From positions 18,237 through 82,236 of the forward strand of contig CAVRTJ010000034.1 in assembly GCA_963724125.1 (NCBI GenBank): a stretch of DNA of 64,000 nucleotides, written 5' to 3'. Below, one piece after another: positions 30,258 through 42,702 of the stretch (position 1 is the first letter of the stretch; each line of letters starts with the position of its first letter). Origin of the DNA: an uncultured Acidobacteriota bacterium. Its GTDB lineage: Bacteria > Acidobacteriota > UBA4820 > DSQY01. The notes under the pieces are model-generated. The model did not search any database, was not told where the DNA came from, and worked only from the letters and a program-made list of their open reading frames with translations. Position numbers and translations under genes: made by a program.

Positions 30258-30597
30258 CGGACACGGTTCGCATTTGCCTTTGCAGTCGACCCCGTTCCGC
30301 CCCTGGATCTTGTCTGTCATCATAAAAGGGTGTATCATACAGTTTGAGGTGTAATTGATGCTGCTTGATCCCTTTACAGACGCCTCCCTCCCGGTATCCG
30401 GGCCCCCGACCTATGATCGTCCGACTTAAACTAGATGACATAATTTGCCGCCATAGTCCTCCCGGCGGCCATCGGCAACCTGGCGAGATCAGAAACTTGA
30501 ATATTGGAGGAATCACAAGTGAGAAGAGATACGCAATCGCAGACCGCGAGCGGCAAACTCACGGACTGGGAAGACGGGCAGAACCGGCGTCCATTGA

Positions 30598-33277
30598 GTG
30601 GCCGCCTTCGCCGTACTGGCCGTGATGGCGGCGGCAAGCTTGTTTTTCTGCCTGCCGGGCGGCATCCTCAATGCCGCCACCCCGGCAACGTCGAGCTCCG
30701 TCCTGAAGACCACGCTGAAGAACGGTCTGCGGGTGGTCATCGTGCGCAACCCGCTCGCCCCGGTCGTAACGACCGAGGTGAATTACCTCGTGGGTTCGAA
30801 CGAGGCTCCCGACGGTTTCCCTGGGATGGCCCACGCCCAGGAACACATGATGTTCCGGGGGAGCCCGGGCCTCAGCGCCGATCAGCTTGCGGACATCACC
30901 GCGGCCATGGGCGGCGACATGAACGCCGACACCCAGCAGACGGTTACGCAGTACTTCTTCACCGTTCCCGCGGAGGACCTGGACGTCGCCCTGCACGTGC
31001 AGTCGATCCGCATGAGCGGGGTGCATGGACAGCGACAAGCTCTGGGGTGAGGAACGGGGCGCCATCGAGCAGGAGGTGGCGCAGGACCTGTCAAATCCCC
31101 AGTACGTTTTCTTTACCAAGCTGCTCAAGGCCATGTTCAAAGGCACGCCATACGCTCACGATGCGCTCGGAACGCGCCCGTCCTTCGACAAGACCACCGG
31201 CGCCATGCTGAAGAAGTTCTACGACACCTGGTATGCGCCCAACAACGCCATCCTCGTGATCGTGGGCGACGTCCAGCCGCAGAAGACCCTCGCGGAGGTG
31301 AAGACGCTGTTCGGCTCAATCCCCTCCAAGAAGATTCCCGAGCGGCCGGAGATCAAACTCCAGCCCGTCACGCCCGACACGCTCCACCTCAAGACCGACC
31401 TGCCCTACGGGCTCGCCCTCGTCACGTTCCGGATGCCCGGCTCGGACAGCCCGGACTACGCGGCGGCCGAGGTGCTCAGCGACGTGTTGAGCAGCCAGCG
31501 GGGATCACTCTTCGGACTCGTGCCCCAGGGTAAGGCCCTCTACGCGGGCTTCTCCACCCAGGCCATGCCAAAGTCCGGCCTCGGCTTCGCCTTTGCGGTA
31601 TTTCCAAAGGGCGGCGACTCCGCAGGCCTCGTCAAGCAGGTCAATGGAATCCTCGCGGCGGACCTGAAGAACGGCCTCCCCGCCGATCTCGTCGAAGCCA
31701 CCAAGCGCCGCGTGCTTACACAGGCCGAACTCCAGAAGAATTCGGTGTCCGGTTTGGCCCAGGCCTGGTCCCAGGCCCTGGCCGTGCAGGGCAGGCAGTC
31801 GCCCGAGGACAACGTTGCTGCCATCCAGAAGGTCACCGTCGAGGACGTCAACCGCGTGGCCAGAAAATATCTTGATCAGAAACACGCCATCGTGGCAATT
31901 CTCACGCCGCAACCTTCGGGCAAGCCCATCTCGTCTAAAGGCTTCGGAGGCAGCGAATCCTTCGCTCCCAAGAACCCCAAGCCGGTCAAACTGCCATCCT
32001 GGGCGGAGTCGGCCCTGCGACGCCTGTCAGTTCCCGCATCTGCGGTCAACCCGGTCGTAACCAAGCTTCCCAACGGCATCACCCTCATCGTACAGCCCGA
32101 GGCCACGAGCGACACGGTGAGCGTCTATGGCCGGATCCGCAACAACTCAGACATGGAAACACCAAAGGGGCAGGAGGGCGTAGACCAGGTACTGAACAGG
32201 CTCTTCTCATTCGGAACCACATCGCTCAATCGCATCGCTTTCCAGAAAGCCCTCGACGACATAGGCGCGTCCGAATCTGCGGGCGCGCATTTCAGCGTTC
32301 ACGCACTGTCCGGCCATTTCGAGCAGGCCGTCAAGCTCCTCGCCGACAACGAACTGCATCCCGCTCTTCCCGCGCAGGCCTTCAAGATCATGCAGATGCA
32401 GACGGCCCGCTCCGTCGCAGGGCTGCTTCAGAGCCCCGACTACCTGTCAGGCCTCGCTCTGGACAAGGCTCTCTATCCGAAAGACGATCCCACGCTTCGC
32501 CAGGCGACTCCCAAATCGGTGTCCGCACTGACGCTGAAGGACGTAAAAGCCTACTACGAAAAGGTGTTCCGTCCGGACTTGACGACCATAGTGGTCATCG
32601 GCAACATCAAACCGGCCCAGGCCCGATCGACCATCGAGAAGCACTTCGGAGCCTGGAAGGCCGAAGGCCCCAAACCCGTGACCCTCTATCCGGAAGTGCC
32701 GCCGAACAAACCGTCAAGCACGGCCGTTCCGGACTCCAGCCGCGTTCAGGACCTGGTCACCCTTTCGGAGACCCTCGGGCTCAAGCGGTCCAATCCGGAT
32801 TATTACGCCCTCGAACTGGGCAACCACGTGCTCGGCGGCGCGTTCTACGCCACCCGCTACTACCGCGACCTCCGCGAAAAAGCGGGCCTCGTCTACTACG
32901 TGAGTTCCTCGTTTGATGTGGGCCGCACGCGATCGACCTACACGGTTCGCTACGCCTGCGATCCGCCCAACGTGACCAAGGCCCAGAACATGGTGGTGAA
33001 GGAACTCACGGCGATGACCTCGGCTCCGGTTACCCCCGACGAACTCCAGAAGGCCAAGGCCATTCTCCTGCGGGAAATTCCCCTCCGTGAATCCAGTGAG
33101 GGGAGCATTGCCGGAGGCCTGCTCTCAAGGTCCATCCACGACCTTCCGCTGAACGAGCCGACGCTTGCCGCCCGCAAGTACGTCGCGCTGACCGCGGCCC
33201 AGGTCAAGACCGCGTTCAAGAAATGGATGCGCCCCGATGCCCTCGTAAGGGTCACCCAGGGACCGAGCCCCAAGTAG
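30598..33277 (+). CDS. M16-family zinc peptidase (pitrilysin-like, two-domain, ~890 aa); apparent frameshift near 31020-31030; start uncertain
   Basis: Inverted zinc motif HxxEH (GMAHAQEHMMFRGS) in the N-terminal frame; after a cgggg run at ~31025 the sense continues in the frame of ORF 31025-33277. A strong SD GGAGG with GTG at 30519 lies in a different frame, suggesting a further indel and a start nearer 30519. Confidence 0.8.
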
Positions 33278-33322
33278 CGCACCGGAATACAGGTTTCCCG
33301 GCGCCGTTAATGGCGCCAGAAA

Positions 33323-33355
33323 GGCCCGGGGGGCGGCAATGCCCCCGGGCCTTTT
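33323..33355 (+). terminator. Rho-independent terminator after the M16 peptidase gene
   Basis: 10-bp GC stem ggcccggggg/cccccgggcc with 9-nt loop, followed by tttt. Confidence 0.6.
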
Positions 33356-33438
33356 GAAGAGAAAAGGGCTACAATGGGCTATCGAGTTCCCCGGCCGTCC
33401 GGCCGCGACGTCCGGAACCTGCGCGTATAGAGGACCGC

Positions 33439-34998
33439 TTGGAGACCGGCAGGCACCGCCAGACAAGCAAATTCATGATCACCTTCGCCACCATGCTGGC
33501 AACCATGATGCAGGCGGTGGACACCTCCGTGGCGAATGTCGCCCTTCCGCACATGCAGGGGGCCTTCTCCGCCGGTGTCGACGAGATCACCTGGGTCCTC
33601 ACCGCCTACCTGGTGGCCAACGCGGTGATCGTGCCAATGACCGGCTGGATGGGAAATTTCTTCGGCCGTCGCAGGGTCTACATACTGAGCCTGGTCGTCT
33701 TCACGCTCTCGTCCCTCGGTTCCGGCGCCGCGCCCACGCTCGCCTTCTGCGTGCTGATGCGGGTCATCCAGGGTCTGTCCGGCGGCGTCATAGTTCCCAT
33801 GAGCCAGGCCATCCTCCTGGAGGCCTTCCCGGCCGAGGACCGCGGCCGGGCGCTGTCCTACTTCGGCGTCGGCGTGGTTTTCGGACCCATCATCGGCCCC
33901 ATTCTGGGCGGCTGGATCACCGACCACTGGAGCTGGCGCTGGATCTTCTACATAAACATCCCCATCGGAATCCTTGCCGTCGTTCTCGCCCTTTTGTACG
34001 TCTGGGACCCTCCATACATCAAGAAGCCGGAAGGGGGCCTGGATTCCTGGAGCCTCCTGTTCATAATCCTGGGCCTCGGCGGACTCGAAGTCGTTTTGAG
34101 CAGGGGCGAGCGCCTGGACTGGTTCCAGAGCCACTTCATTCAGGTCTTCGCACTGGTCGCCGCGCTGGGAATCGTCCTCTTCATCTGGCGGTCGCTCACA
34201 CATCGCAATCCACTCGTGGACCTCTCCATCCTCAAGAACAAGGAGTTTGCCGCGGGCGTGGGGCTATCCTTTTTTCAGTACTTCGTCCTCTACGCCACGC
34301 TCGTGATGTTGCCCCTGTTCGTCCAGCAAATGCTCGGCTACACGTCCACGTGGGCAGGATTGCTCCTGGCGCCGGGCGGAGTGGCCGCACTCCTGGCCAT
34401 GCTCGTGGGAGGCCAGCTCGTGAGCCGCATAGACGCGCGGTGGCTGCTCCTGGCCGGCGTTCTCATCATGCTCGTTTCGCTGAGAATGCTCTGGAACCTC
34501 TCTCTCGGGATCGATTTTACCTACCTGGCCACGGCCCGGTTCATACAGGGGTTCGGCGTCGGCCTGCTCTTCATTTCGGTGGCCGCCGCCGCCTATTCCA
34601 CCATGCCGGCGGCCAAGATGGGCCACGCGACGGGGTTTTACAACCTGGTACGGAACGAGGGAGGATCCATAGGCATTGCGGTGGCCTCCACGATCCTGGC
34701 AAGCCGGGCCCAGTTCCACCAGGCACGTCTGGTGGAACACATGAACCCCTACAATCCCGTCTTTCAGCATCGCGCCGCAGAGGCCGCGCGGGGGCTCATG
34801 TCTCACGTCGGAATGGACGGGCACACGACCAGGGCCCTGTCCGAAACCCTGCTTTACCGCCAGGCGCAGGCCCAGGCGATGGTGCTTTCCTACGCGGACA
34901 TTTTCTGGGTGATCACCTTCGTCCTTCTCGCCTTTCTCCCCCTCATTCCGATCCTGCGCGGCAAGGTCGCCAAGAGGGGCGCCCCGCAGCCCGACTGA
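33439..34998 (+). CDS. MFS transporter, DHA2 (EmrB/QacA-like) drug:H+ antiporter family, 14 TMS
   Basis: Multi-pass hydrophobic protein with DHA2-like conserved segments (TSVANVALPHMQ, GWMGNFFGRRRVYILS, MRVIQGLSGG). TTG start with SD AGAGGA; alternative ATG at 33475. Confidence 0.85.
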   Translation: METGRHRQTSKFMITFATMLATMMQAVDTSVANVALPHMQGAFSAGVDEITWVLTAYLVANAVIVPMTGWMGNFFGRRRVYILSLVVFTLSSLGSGAAPTLAFCVLMRVIQGLSGGVIVPMSQAILLEAFPAEDRGRALSYFGVGVVFGPIIGPILGGWITDHWSWRWIFYINIPIGILAVVLALLYVWDPPYIKKPEGGLDSWSLLFIILGLGGLEVVLSRGERLDWFQSHFIQVFALVAALGIVLFIWRSLTHRNPLVDLSILKNKEFAAGVGLSFFQYFVLYATLVMLPLFVQQMLGYTSTWAGLLLAPGGVAALLAMLVGGQLVSRIDARWLLLAGVLIMLVSLRMLWNLSLGIDFTYLATARFIQGFGVGLLFISVAAAAYSTMPAAKMGHATGFYNLVRNEGGSIGIAVASTILASRAQFHQARLVEHMNPYNPVFQHRAAEAARGLMSHVGMDGHTTRALSETLLYRQAQAQAMVLSYADIFWVITFVLLAFLPLIPILRGKVAKRGAPQPD

Positions 34999-35049
34999 CC
35001 GCCTCCACGCGTCTTCACCGACGCAAAACCGCAATACCTACGCCCGAGC

Positions 35050-36199
<1,150 letters not shown>

Positions 36200-36227
36200 T
36201 CTTCAGCAGGGCGGACCGCGCGAAGAC

Positions 36228-37709
36228 TCAGCGCGAGCGGAGCGTCTCTATGCGGCGGATGAACTCTTCGAGGATGAGCCTGTAGAGCCCGTCGCCCAGG
36301 GTCCCATCTTCCACGCCCGCGTCGATGTTGGGGTTGTCGTTGACCTCTATCACGAAAGCCCCCTTGTCCGTCATCTTGACGTCCACACCGTAGAGGCCGT
36401 CTCCGATCAGGTTCGCCGACTTGAGGGCCGCCTCCAGCACCTTTGCAGGCACGTCGTCCACGGGAAGGGACTTGAACCCCCCTTCCGTGAATCGGCCCGA
36501 AGCGCTGTGCTTGACGATCTGCCAGTGGTACTTCGACATGAAGTACTGGCAGGCATAGATGGGTTGGCGCCTCAGGATCCCGATGCGCCAGTCGTATTCG
36601 GTGTACATGAACTCCTGGGCCAGGATAAGGTCCGAATCCGTGAACAGCTTCTTGCAGATGGCCTTCAGTTCGCCGAAGTTGTTGACCTTGTATATCCCTC
36701 TGGAGAACGAGCTGTCCGGGATCTTCAGGACCATCGGATAGGGAATGGACTCCTCGAGCTTCTGCAGCGCCTTCGTTCCGACTTCCTGCAGAATCACCGT
36801 CTTGGGGGTGGGGACCTTGTGGGCCGCGAGCAACTCGGCCAGGTAGACCTTGTTGGTGCACTTGACGATGGAATCGGGATCGTCGATGACGGCCATGCCC
36901 TCGTTCTCGGCCTTCTTCGCGAAACGGTAGGTGTAGTGTTCGATTTCGGTAGTCTCTCTAATGAAGAGCGCATCATACTCGGCCAGCTTCGAGTAGTCCC
37001 TCCGCTCGATCAGGTCCACGCTGATACCGAGTTTCTCCCCCGCTTTGACGAACTTCTGAAGGGCTCGCTTGTTGGACGGGGGCAGGCGCTCCGCCGGGTT
37101 GTACAGAACGGCCAGGTCGTAACGCATGTGGTTCTTCGTCCTGGGCCGGTGCCATGGTTTGCTGCGGTGGTATTCGAACGCTTCGATGAACTTCTCTTCC
37201 TGCTCCTGCGACAGTCCGTGCAGGTGCGCGGCTTTGATGGCCGAGATGTGCCAATTGCCCTGCAGGCGGAATTCGACCTTGAGGAGTGGGCACTGGAAAA
37301 GGTCGAATATCTGGCGGGCCAGCTCCGGCAACTGCCCCTGCCTGCATCGTCCGAAAAAAATGTCCATCTCGAAGGCGTTGCGTTGGTCGAGGCCCAGACT
37401 TTTTTTCAGGCCCTTTTGAACGGTCTCGTCCAGATCTTCGACGTTGAGACTGTAAATGGCTTTGCTGCTCAGATCGTTGATCGTCCTGACGGTGGGAATG
37501 ACCTTGTGGCGGCGCGCCTGCGCCAGCAGAGAACAGTAGTACCCGATTGTGAGATAGCCGTAGCTGCGGCACATGTTGACGATCTTCGCGTCCCGGAGCT
37601 TGAAATACTGTGACTGGTCCAGGTAGTCCTTTGCCAGAACCACTGTGACATCGGGATAAGAGGTCTTCCAGTCCTTCAGGTTTTCGACCAAGACGATCTG
37701 CTGAGACAT
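36228..37709 (-). CDS. RimK-like ATP-grasp ligase with ~220-aa N-terminal extension domain
   Basis: C-terminal half carries RimK-type ATP-grasp motifs (PMVLKIPDSSFSRGIYKV, LILAQEFMYTEYDWRIGIL, GLYGVDVKMTDKGAFVIEVNDNP). The N-terminal domain is of unassigned function. Start 10 nt downstream of the GNAT/C39 gene stop. Confidence 0.85.
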   Translation of the reverse strand: MSQQIVLVENLKDWKTSYPDVTVVLAKDYLDQSQYFKLRDAKIVNMCRSYGYLTIGYYCSLLAQARRHKVIPTVRTINDLSSKAIYSLNVEDLDETVQKGLKKSLGLDQRNAFEMDIFFGRCRQGQLPELARQIFDLFQCPLLKVEFRLQGNWHISAIKAAHLHGLSQEQEEKFIEAFEYHRSKPWHRPRTKNHMRYDLAVLYNPAERLPPSNKRALQKFVKAGEKLGISVDLIERRDYSKLAEYDALFIRETTEIEHYTYRFAKKAENEGMAVIDDPDSIVKCTNKVYLAELLAAHKVPTPKTVILQEVGTKALQKLEESIPYPMVLKIPDSSFSRGIYKVNNFGELKAICKKLFTDSDLILAQEFMYTEYDWRIGILRRQPIYACQYFMSKYHWQIVKHSASGRFTEGGFKSLPVDDVPAKVLEAALKSANLIGDGLYGVDVKMTDKGAFVIEVNDNPNIDAGVEDGTLGDGLYRLILEEFIRRIETLRSR

Positions 37710-37718
37710 CTTGACTCC

Positions 37719-38915
37719 TCACCACTCGGCATTGTGCGCTGCGCCGCCGCCCTTCAATCCCGGCCCTTGTTCCGCCGTACGCCACCACCGCGACCACGTT
37801 TTCGGGCCGGTCCGCCGGAAGGACGCCCTTCCGATAAACAATGCGGCCTTCAGCCCTGCTTTGCCATACCTCGCCATGCGTTCGAAGTCCTTCTTCAAGA
37901 TGGGCATGTTGATGCTGTCGGTGGCCGACTTGTGCGCCTCCAGGTCCACAAAGGAATCGTGAACGTAGATAAAGCGATCATCGAGACCGGTCACCACGAC
38001 CCAGTGAGGGGAGTTCTCGTGGTATATCCTGCGGGAGCTGATAAGTACAAGCGGGATGAGTTTCGCCTCGACGCGGTCTTGTATGTCGGACATTCCAGGC
38101 GTCCCGTAGTGCAGCGCAATGGGATGGTTCCGAATCTCTTCGAGCATGTCTTCCTGAACCAGGCGAATGACTTCCTTCTTTTCCTCGCTGCGGACGCTCC
38201 TGGTGAACAGGGCGCCTTCATCGTTGATGAAGATCTCCACGCTGAAACCGCGATGGAAGGCCGACAGCGCAAGACCGTACGGACCACAGCCGCCATGGCC
38301 AGCGGTCATGAAAATGCTGGTCGACTCGCGCCATATTCTCAGTTCGAGTTTTCTGTTCAGGTCCACCTGCGGATCGAGCGCCTTCATGGCCATCATCAGA
38401 GCCGAAGGCCCGCACGTGAAATCCAACGTCTGCATATAGAAAGGCACGCTCACGAGGTTCGGTTCGAGGTGGGGAATGAGGAACTTCTCGAATCGCAGGG
38501 CCGCCTGATGGTCCTCGTAGTAATCCTCGATTACGCCGAAACGACGGTAGCCGCTCTTGTCGTAGAGCCGGATGGCAGCCTCGTTATCGCTCCTCACCTC
38601 GAGCCTCATGCTGACGCAATCGTGCTCTCTCGCGGCCTCTTCCGAAGCGCCGAGCAGCACGGCACCGATCCCGAGGCCGCGGCTCGCCGGATCAACCGCC
38701 ACCGAGTACAGGCGTGCCAGGGACGTTCCGGTGTTGAACAGGAGCATGGCGTAGCCGCACATCCTGCCGCCTTCCAAGGCAACGAGCGTGAGTGCGTTTG
38801 CCCGGCTGAGAAGATATCGAAAATTCCGCCGCGATAAACGGTCCAGCTCGAAACAGCGCGCTTCCAAAGCGACCAGTCCTTCCAGATCATCGAGTCCGCC
38901 CCGCCGTATGTCCAT
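37719..38915 (-). CDS. GNAT N-acetyltransferase fused to a papain-like (C39-type) peptidase domain
   Basis: N-terminal GNAT pattern (LYSVAVDPASRGLGIG...MRLEVRSDNEAAIRLYDKSGYRRFG); C-terminal domain with candidate catalytic Cys in LDFTCGPSALMMA and His in SPHWVVVTG. Start placed at the internal ATG (MDIRRGG). Confidence 0.75.
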   Translation of the reverse strand: MDIRRGGLDDLEGLVALEARCFELDRLSRRNFRYLLSRANALTLVALEGGRMCGYAMLLFNTGTSLARLYSVAVDPASRGLGIGAVLLGASEEAAREHDCVSMRLEVRSDNEAAIRLYDKSGYRRFGVIEDYYEDHQAALRFEKFLIPHLEPNLVSVPFYMQTLDFTCGPSALMMAMKALDPQVDLNRKLELRIWRESTSIFMTAGHGGCGPYGLALSAFHRGFSVEIFINDEGALFTRSVRSEEKKEVIRLVQEDMLEEIRNHPIALHYGTPGMSDIQDRVEAKLIPLVLISSRRIYHENSPHWVVVTGLDDRFIYVHDSFVDLEAHKSATDSINMPILKKDFERMARYGKAGLKAALFIGRASFRRTGPKTWSRWWRTAEQGPGLKGGGAAHNAEW

Positions 38916-39138
38916 TACCGTACTCCAGCGGCGCCGCACGACGCTTGCAGCCGGCGGCGCCTTCGCGATCTATTATGAGCGCATGGAGCAAAAAATAAAG
39001 CCCCGCGAAGCGCGCGCATATCCCGTCTCGGCGCACCCGCAAGTCGGTTAGAGACGATTCGCGGCCAAGGCACTATAATGGGACCGCATCAGTTTCTGGG
39101 CCGCCGAGCGGCGTCCGCAAACGTAGATACATTCATGA

Positions 39139-39624
39139 ATGGGTGAGGGCATGGAAAAGAAAGCAAGCGTCGCCCCGGGGCACCTGGTTACGATCGAATA
39201 CACGCTCTACGACGAAGACGGAAAGACCATCGATTCCACCGAAGGCGAAGAGCCTTACACCTATATCCAGGGATACGGGCAGGTCGTACCCGGACTGGAG
39301 AAGGCGCTCGCCGGCCTGAAGCCTGGCGACCGGCGGAAGGTCACGGTGAATCCGGAAGAGGGATTCGGCCTCCACGATCCGGCAAAGGTGTTCAAGGAGA
39401 CTCGTGAGAAGCTGGATGCGGACGTACAGGTCGGCCACGTGCTCGAGGTGGAGGTGGACGAGGACCACAGTTCCGAACTGCTGGTGATTTCGGTCGACGA
39501 CAATGCCGTCATTCTCGACGGAAACCACCCCCTCGCAGGCAGAAGGCTCGTATTCGACGTCAGGGTGGTCGGTGTGAGGCCGGCCACGCTCAAAGAACTG
39601 AACAAGATCGGTAAAGCCGATTGA
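39139..39624 (+). CDS. FKBP-type peptidyl-prolyl cis-trans isomerase (SlyD-like)
   Basis: FKBP fold signature (VTIEYTLYDEDGKTIDST...YIQGYGQVVPGLEKALAGLKPGD) in a ~160-aa protein. Confidence 0.85.
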   Translation: MGEGMEKKASVAPGHLVTIEYTLYDEDGKTIDSTEGEEPYTYIQGYGQVVPGLEKALAGLKPGDRRKVTVNPEEGFGLHDPAKVFKETREKLDADVQVGHVLEVEVDEDHSSELLVISVDDNAVILDGNHPLAGRRLVFDVRVVGVRPATLKELNKIGKAD

Positions 39625-39942
39625 AAGAACGGTGCGTCAGAACCGGACCAATCGTCAGGAAGCGGCCACAGAAGGGATGGCTCGGTCCGATCGGGATGCG
39701 TAACCTTCTGGTTACACCCATGTTCGCAAATGGAAGCACCAAGCGCTCCATAATCTATGCAAGAACTTGAACTTTTCTTTGATTCCGCATTATTTATTAT
39801 AGTTTTTCTGCACATTGTGTCGAACGCATACCCTAGTGGCAGGCTTCTTGCTTTTGAGATCTCACTCAAGAGACTGCCGATCTTGTATGGAGCATTCGAG
39901 ATTGAGTTCGACTGACTCGAGAAGCATCGGGCGGAGGCGAAG

Positions 39943-42423
39943 TTGGTTGGAAAGATCACAAAGAAATTCCTCGAAGTCGTTCTGAGGCACTTGCCCCACG
40001 CGGTATGCGTGCTGGCCGAGGACGGGCGGTTACGCTACGCGAACGACGCGGCGATTTCTGTGCTCGGCTGCGAGCAAAGCGACATGGCCGGCATTGGATT
40101 TTTTCGAGCGGGTGCATCCCGACGACGTGTCCAACCTGAAGGCCCGTCTTGAACGGGCGGAAGACGGGCAGTACGCGTCGTGTTCGGTCATCATCCGGGT
40201 CCTCCAAGGGCGGCGACCGGTGGACCACCATGGAGGCCTTCGTCACACATGCGGACGGCGAGGCCGGTTCTCCTCTCCTCCTGATCTACTTGAGCGATAC
40301 GTCCGGGAGGCTCGAAACGGAGGGGCGCCTCAAGAAGCTCTCGAGCGCCGTCGAGCATATAGATGAATCCGTCGTGATCACCAACAGGGATGGCGTCATC
40401 GAATACGTGAACAACGCCTTCGAGAGAACGACCGGCTACACAAAGGACGAGGTCATCGGCAAGACCCCAGCCATCCTGAAATCCGGCAAACACGACCAGG
40501 CCTTTTACAAGTGGATGTGGGACACGATCCTGTCGGGCGAATCCTTCCACGGCACCGTCATCAACAAGAGAAAAGACGGCACGCTCTATTATGAGGAAAA
40601 AACGATTTCACCCCTTATTGATGCGGATGGAGTCGTGACCCACCACGTGGCGACCGGCATGGACGTCACACACAAGAAACTCGCCGAAGAGCGTCTCAGG
40701 GCGGGAGTCGAACGCTATGCACTCTCCGTGAGAGGCGCCAACGACGGGCTGTGGGACTGGGATTTCCGGACGGGCCACATCCACCTTTCCGACCGCTGGA
40801 AAACCATGCTGGGCTTCTCGAGGGACGAAGTTGGCAGTACCATCGACGAGTGGTTCCGTCTCGTCCATCCAGACGACCTCGCCGAATTGAAAACGCTCAT
40901 GAAGGCCCACATCGAAGGTACGACCTCCCACTTCGAGCACGAACACCGGATGCGCCACAAGGACGGAGGGTACTGCTGGGTCCTGTCCCGCGGGCTGGTC
41001 GTGCGGGACGACGACGCCAAGGCTTACAGGATGGCGGGCTCACAGACGGACATTACGGACAGAAAGATGGCCGAGGAGCAGCTTCAGCACGACGCACTCC
41101 ACGACGCCCTGACGGGGCTTCCCAACCGGACCCTTTTCATGGACAGGCTCGGTCTGGCCATCGCCAGGGCCAAGCGGAGCGAGACGTGCCACTTTGCGGT
41201 CATGTTCATGGACCTCGATCGCTTCAAGATCATCAACGACAGCCTCGGCCACCTGGCCGGGGACCAGTTGCTCATCGAGCTGGCCAAGCAGGGTCAAGGG
41301 GTGTCTTCGAGCATCGGATACGGTTGCCCGCCTGGGCGGAGACGAATTCGCCATGCTTCTCGAAAACGCACAGAGCGACAAAGAGATAACGCTCTTCGCC
41401 GAGAGGGTTCAGGCCTGTATCGCCGAGCCCTTCCGGATCGGATCGCGCGACGTGTTCACGTCCGCGAGTATCGGAATTGCCCAATACGAGGACGGGTACG
41501 AGCGGCCGGAGGACATGGTCCGGGACGCCGACACCGCCATGTACCACGCCAAGAATCACGGGAGGGCCCACTATACGGTCTTCTCGCCCAGCATGCGTTC
41601 GAGGGCGCTCCAGATCCTCGACATGGAAACGGGCCTGAGGCGGGCCATAGAATCCCAGCAACTGACGGTCCATTACCAGCCCATCGTGTCCCTGAAGTCC
41701 GGCCGAATAGCCGGATTCGAGGCCCTCTCCCGCTGGCCGCACCCCGAGCGCGGCTTCATCTCGCCGGTGGAATTCATTCCCCTTGCGGAGGAAACAGGCC
41801 TCATTAACACCATCGGCCTGCTCGTTCTGCGAAAGGCCTGCCTCTATCTCAAGGCCATCCAGGGCCGGTTCCGTACCCATCCGCCGCTTACCATGAGCGT
41901 GAACCTCTCGGGCATCCAGTTCATGCGCCCGGAACTCCTGGGCCAGCTGGACCTCATGCTGAGGGAGTACGGGTTGGACCCCCGGACCCTCAAGCTGGAG
42001 ATCACCGAAAGCGTCATCATCGACCACGCCGAGTACGCGCGCGAAATGATCGACCAGATGAAGGCCCAGAATATTCGCCTAAGCATCGACGACTTCGGAA
42101 CGGGGTATTCTTCCCTCCGCAGCCTCAGGCAGTACCCCATCGACACGGTCAAGATAGATCAGTCCTTCGTCGCCACCATGTGCGAGAACGAAGAGAGCCT
42201 CGAGATCGTTCGGACCACCGTATCCATGGCCCACAAGCTCCGAATGGAGGTGATTGCGGAGGGCGTGGAAGCGAAGAAGCAGATGGACCTCCTTGCATCC
42301 ATGGACTGCGACTTCGGACAGGGCTTTTACTTCGCCCGGCCGATGGAACAGGATGCCGCCGACGCCATGCTGGCGCGCCAGAGCCATTGGTGGCAGGGGG
42401 AACCGATCGACGCTGACGCCTGA
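39943..42423 (+). CDS. Multi-PAS GGDEF-EAL cyclic-di-GMP signalling protein; at least three apparent frameshifts (~40090, ~40210, ~41295)
   Basis: PAS segments, GGDEF domain (LTGLPNRTLF...FMDLDRFKIINDSLGH...ARLGGDEFAML with GGDEF intact) and EAL domain (QPIVSL...EALSRWPHPERG...IDDFGTGYSSL...KIDQSFV). Sense passes through four frames. TTG start at 39943 with SD GGAGG. Confidence 0.75.
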
Positions 42424-42702
42424 GAGCGGCGGTCGGCGCGGCGCGGGCCACGCCGGGCAGGCAGCACCCGTCCCGGGCACGCCCCGCGGCCGCCCTCTGG
42501 GTCAAATACCCTGAATCAATACGCGAACAACAGGGAAAGCAACTTTCTCGCCGGTCCTGCGTATGGGCACAATGAGTACCATGAGCAGCCGGTCTGTGGG
42601 GACAGAGCCGGCGTGTCTCTTTCACTGGGTTGGGCAGGGGAAACGCTGTGCCAGCGGCTCTCCAAGGGTATTTGTATCCTCACTGAAAAGGAGGAAAAAG
42701 GA

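Noticed and set aside
41194-42423. ORF that could be read as a stand-alone EAL-domain gene
   Set aside because: Its first ~30 codons are out-of-frame translation of the GGDEF domain end; the EAL domain is better explained as the C-terminus of the frameshifted PAS-GGDEF-EAL gene starting at 39943.
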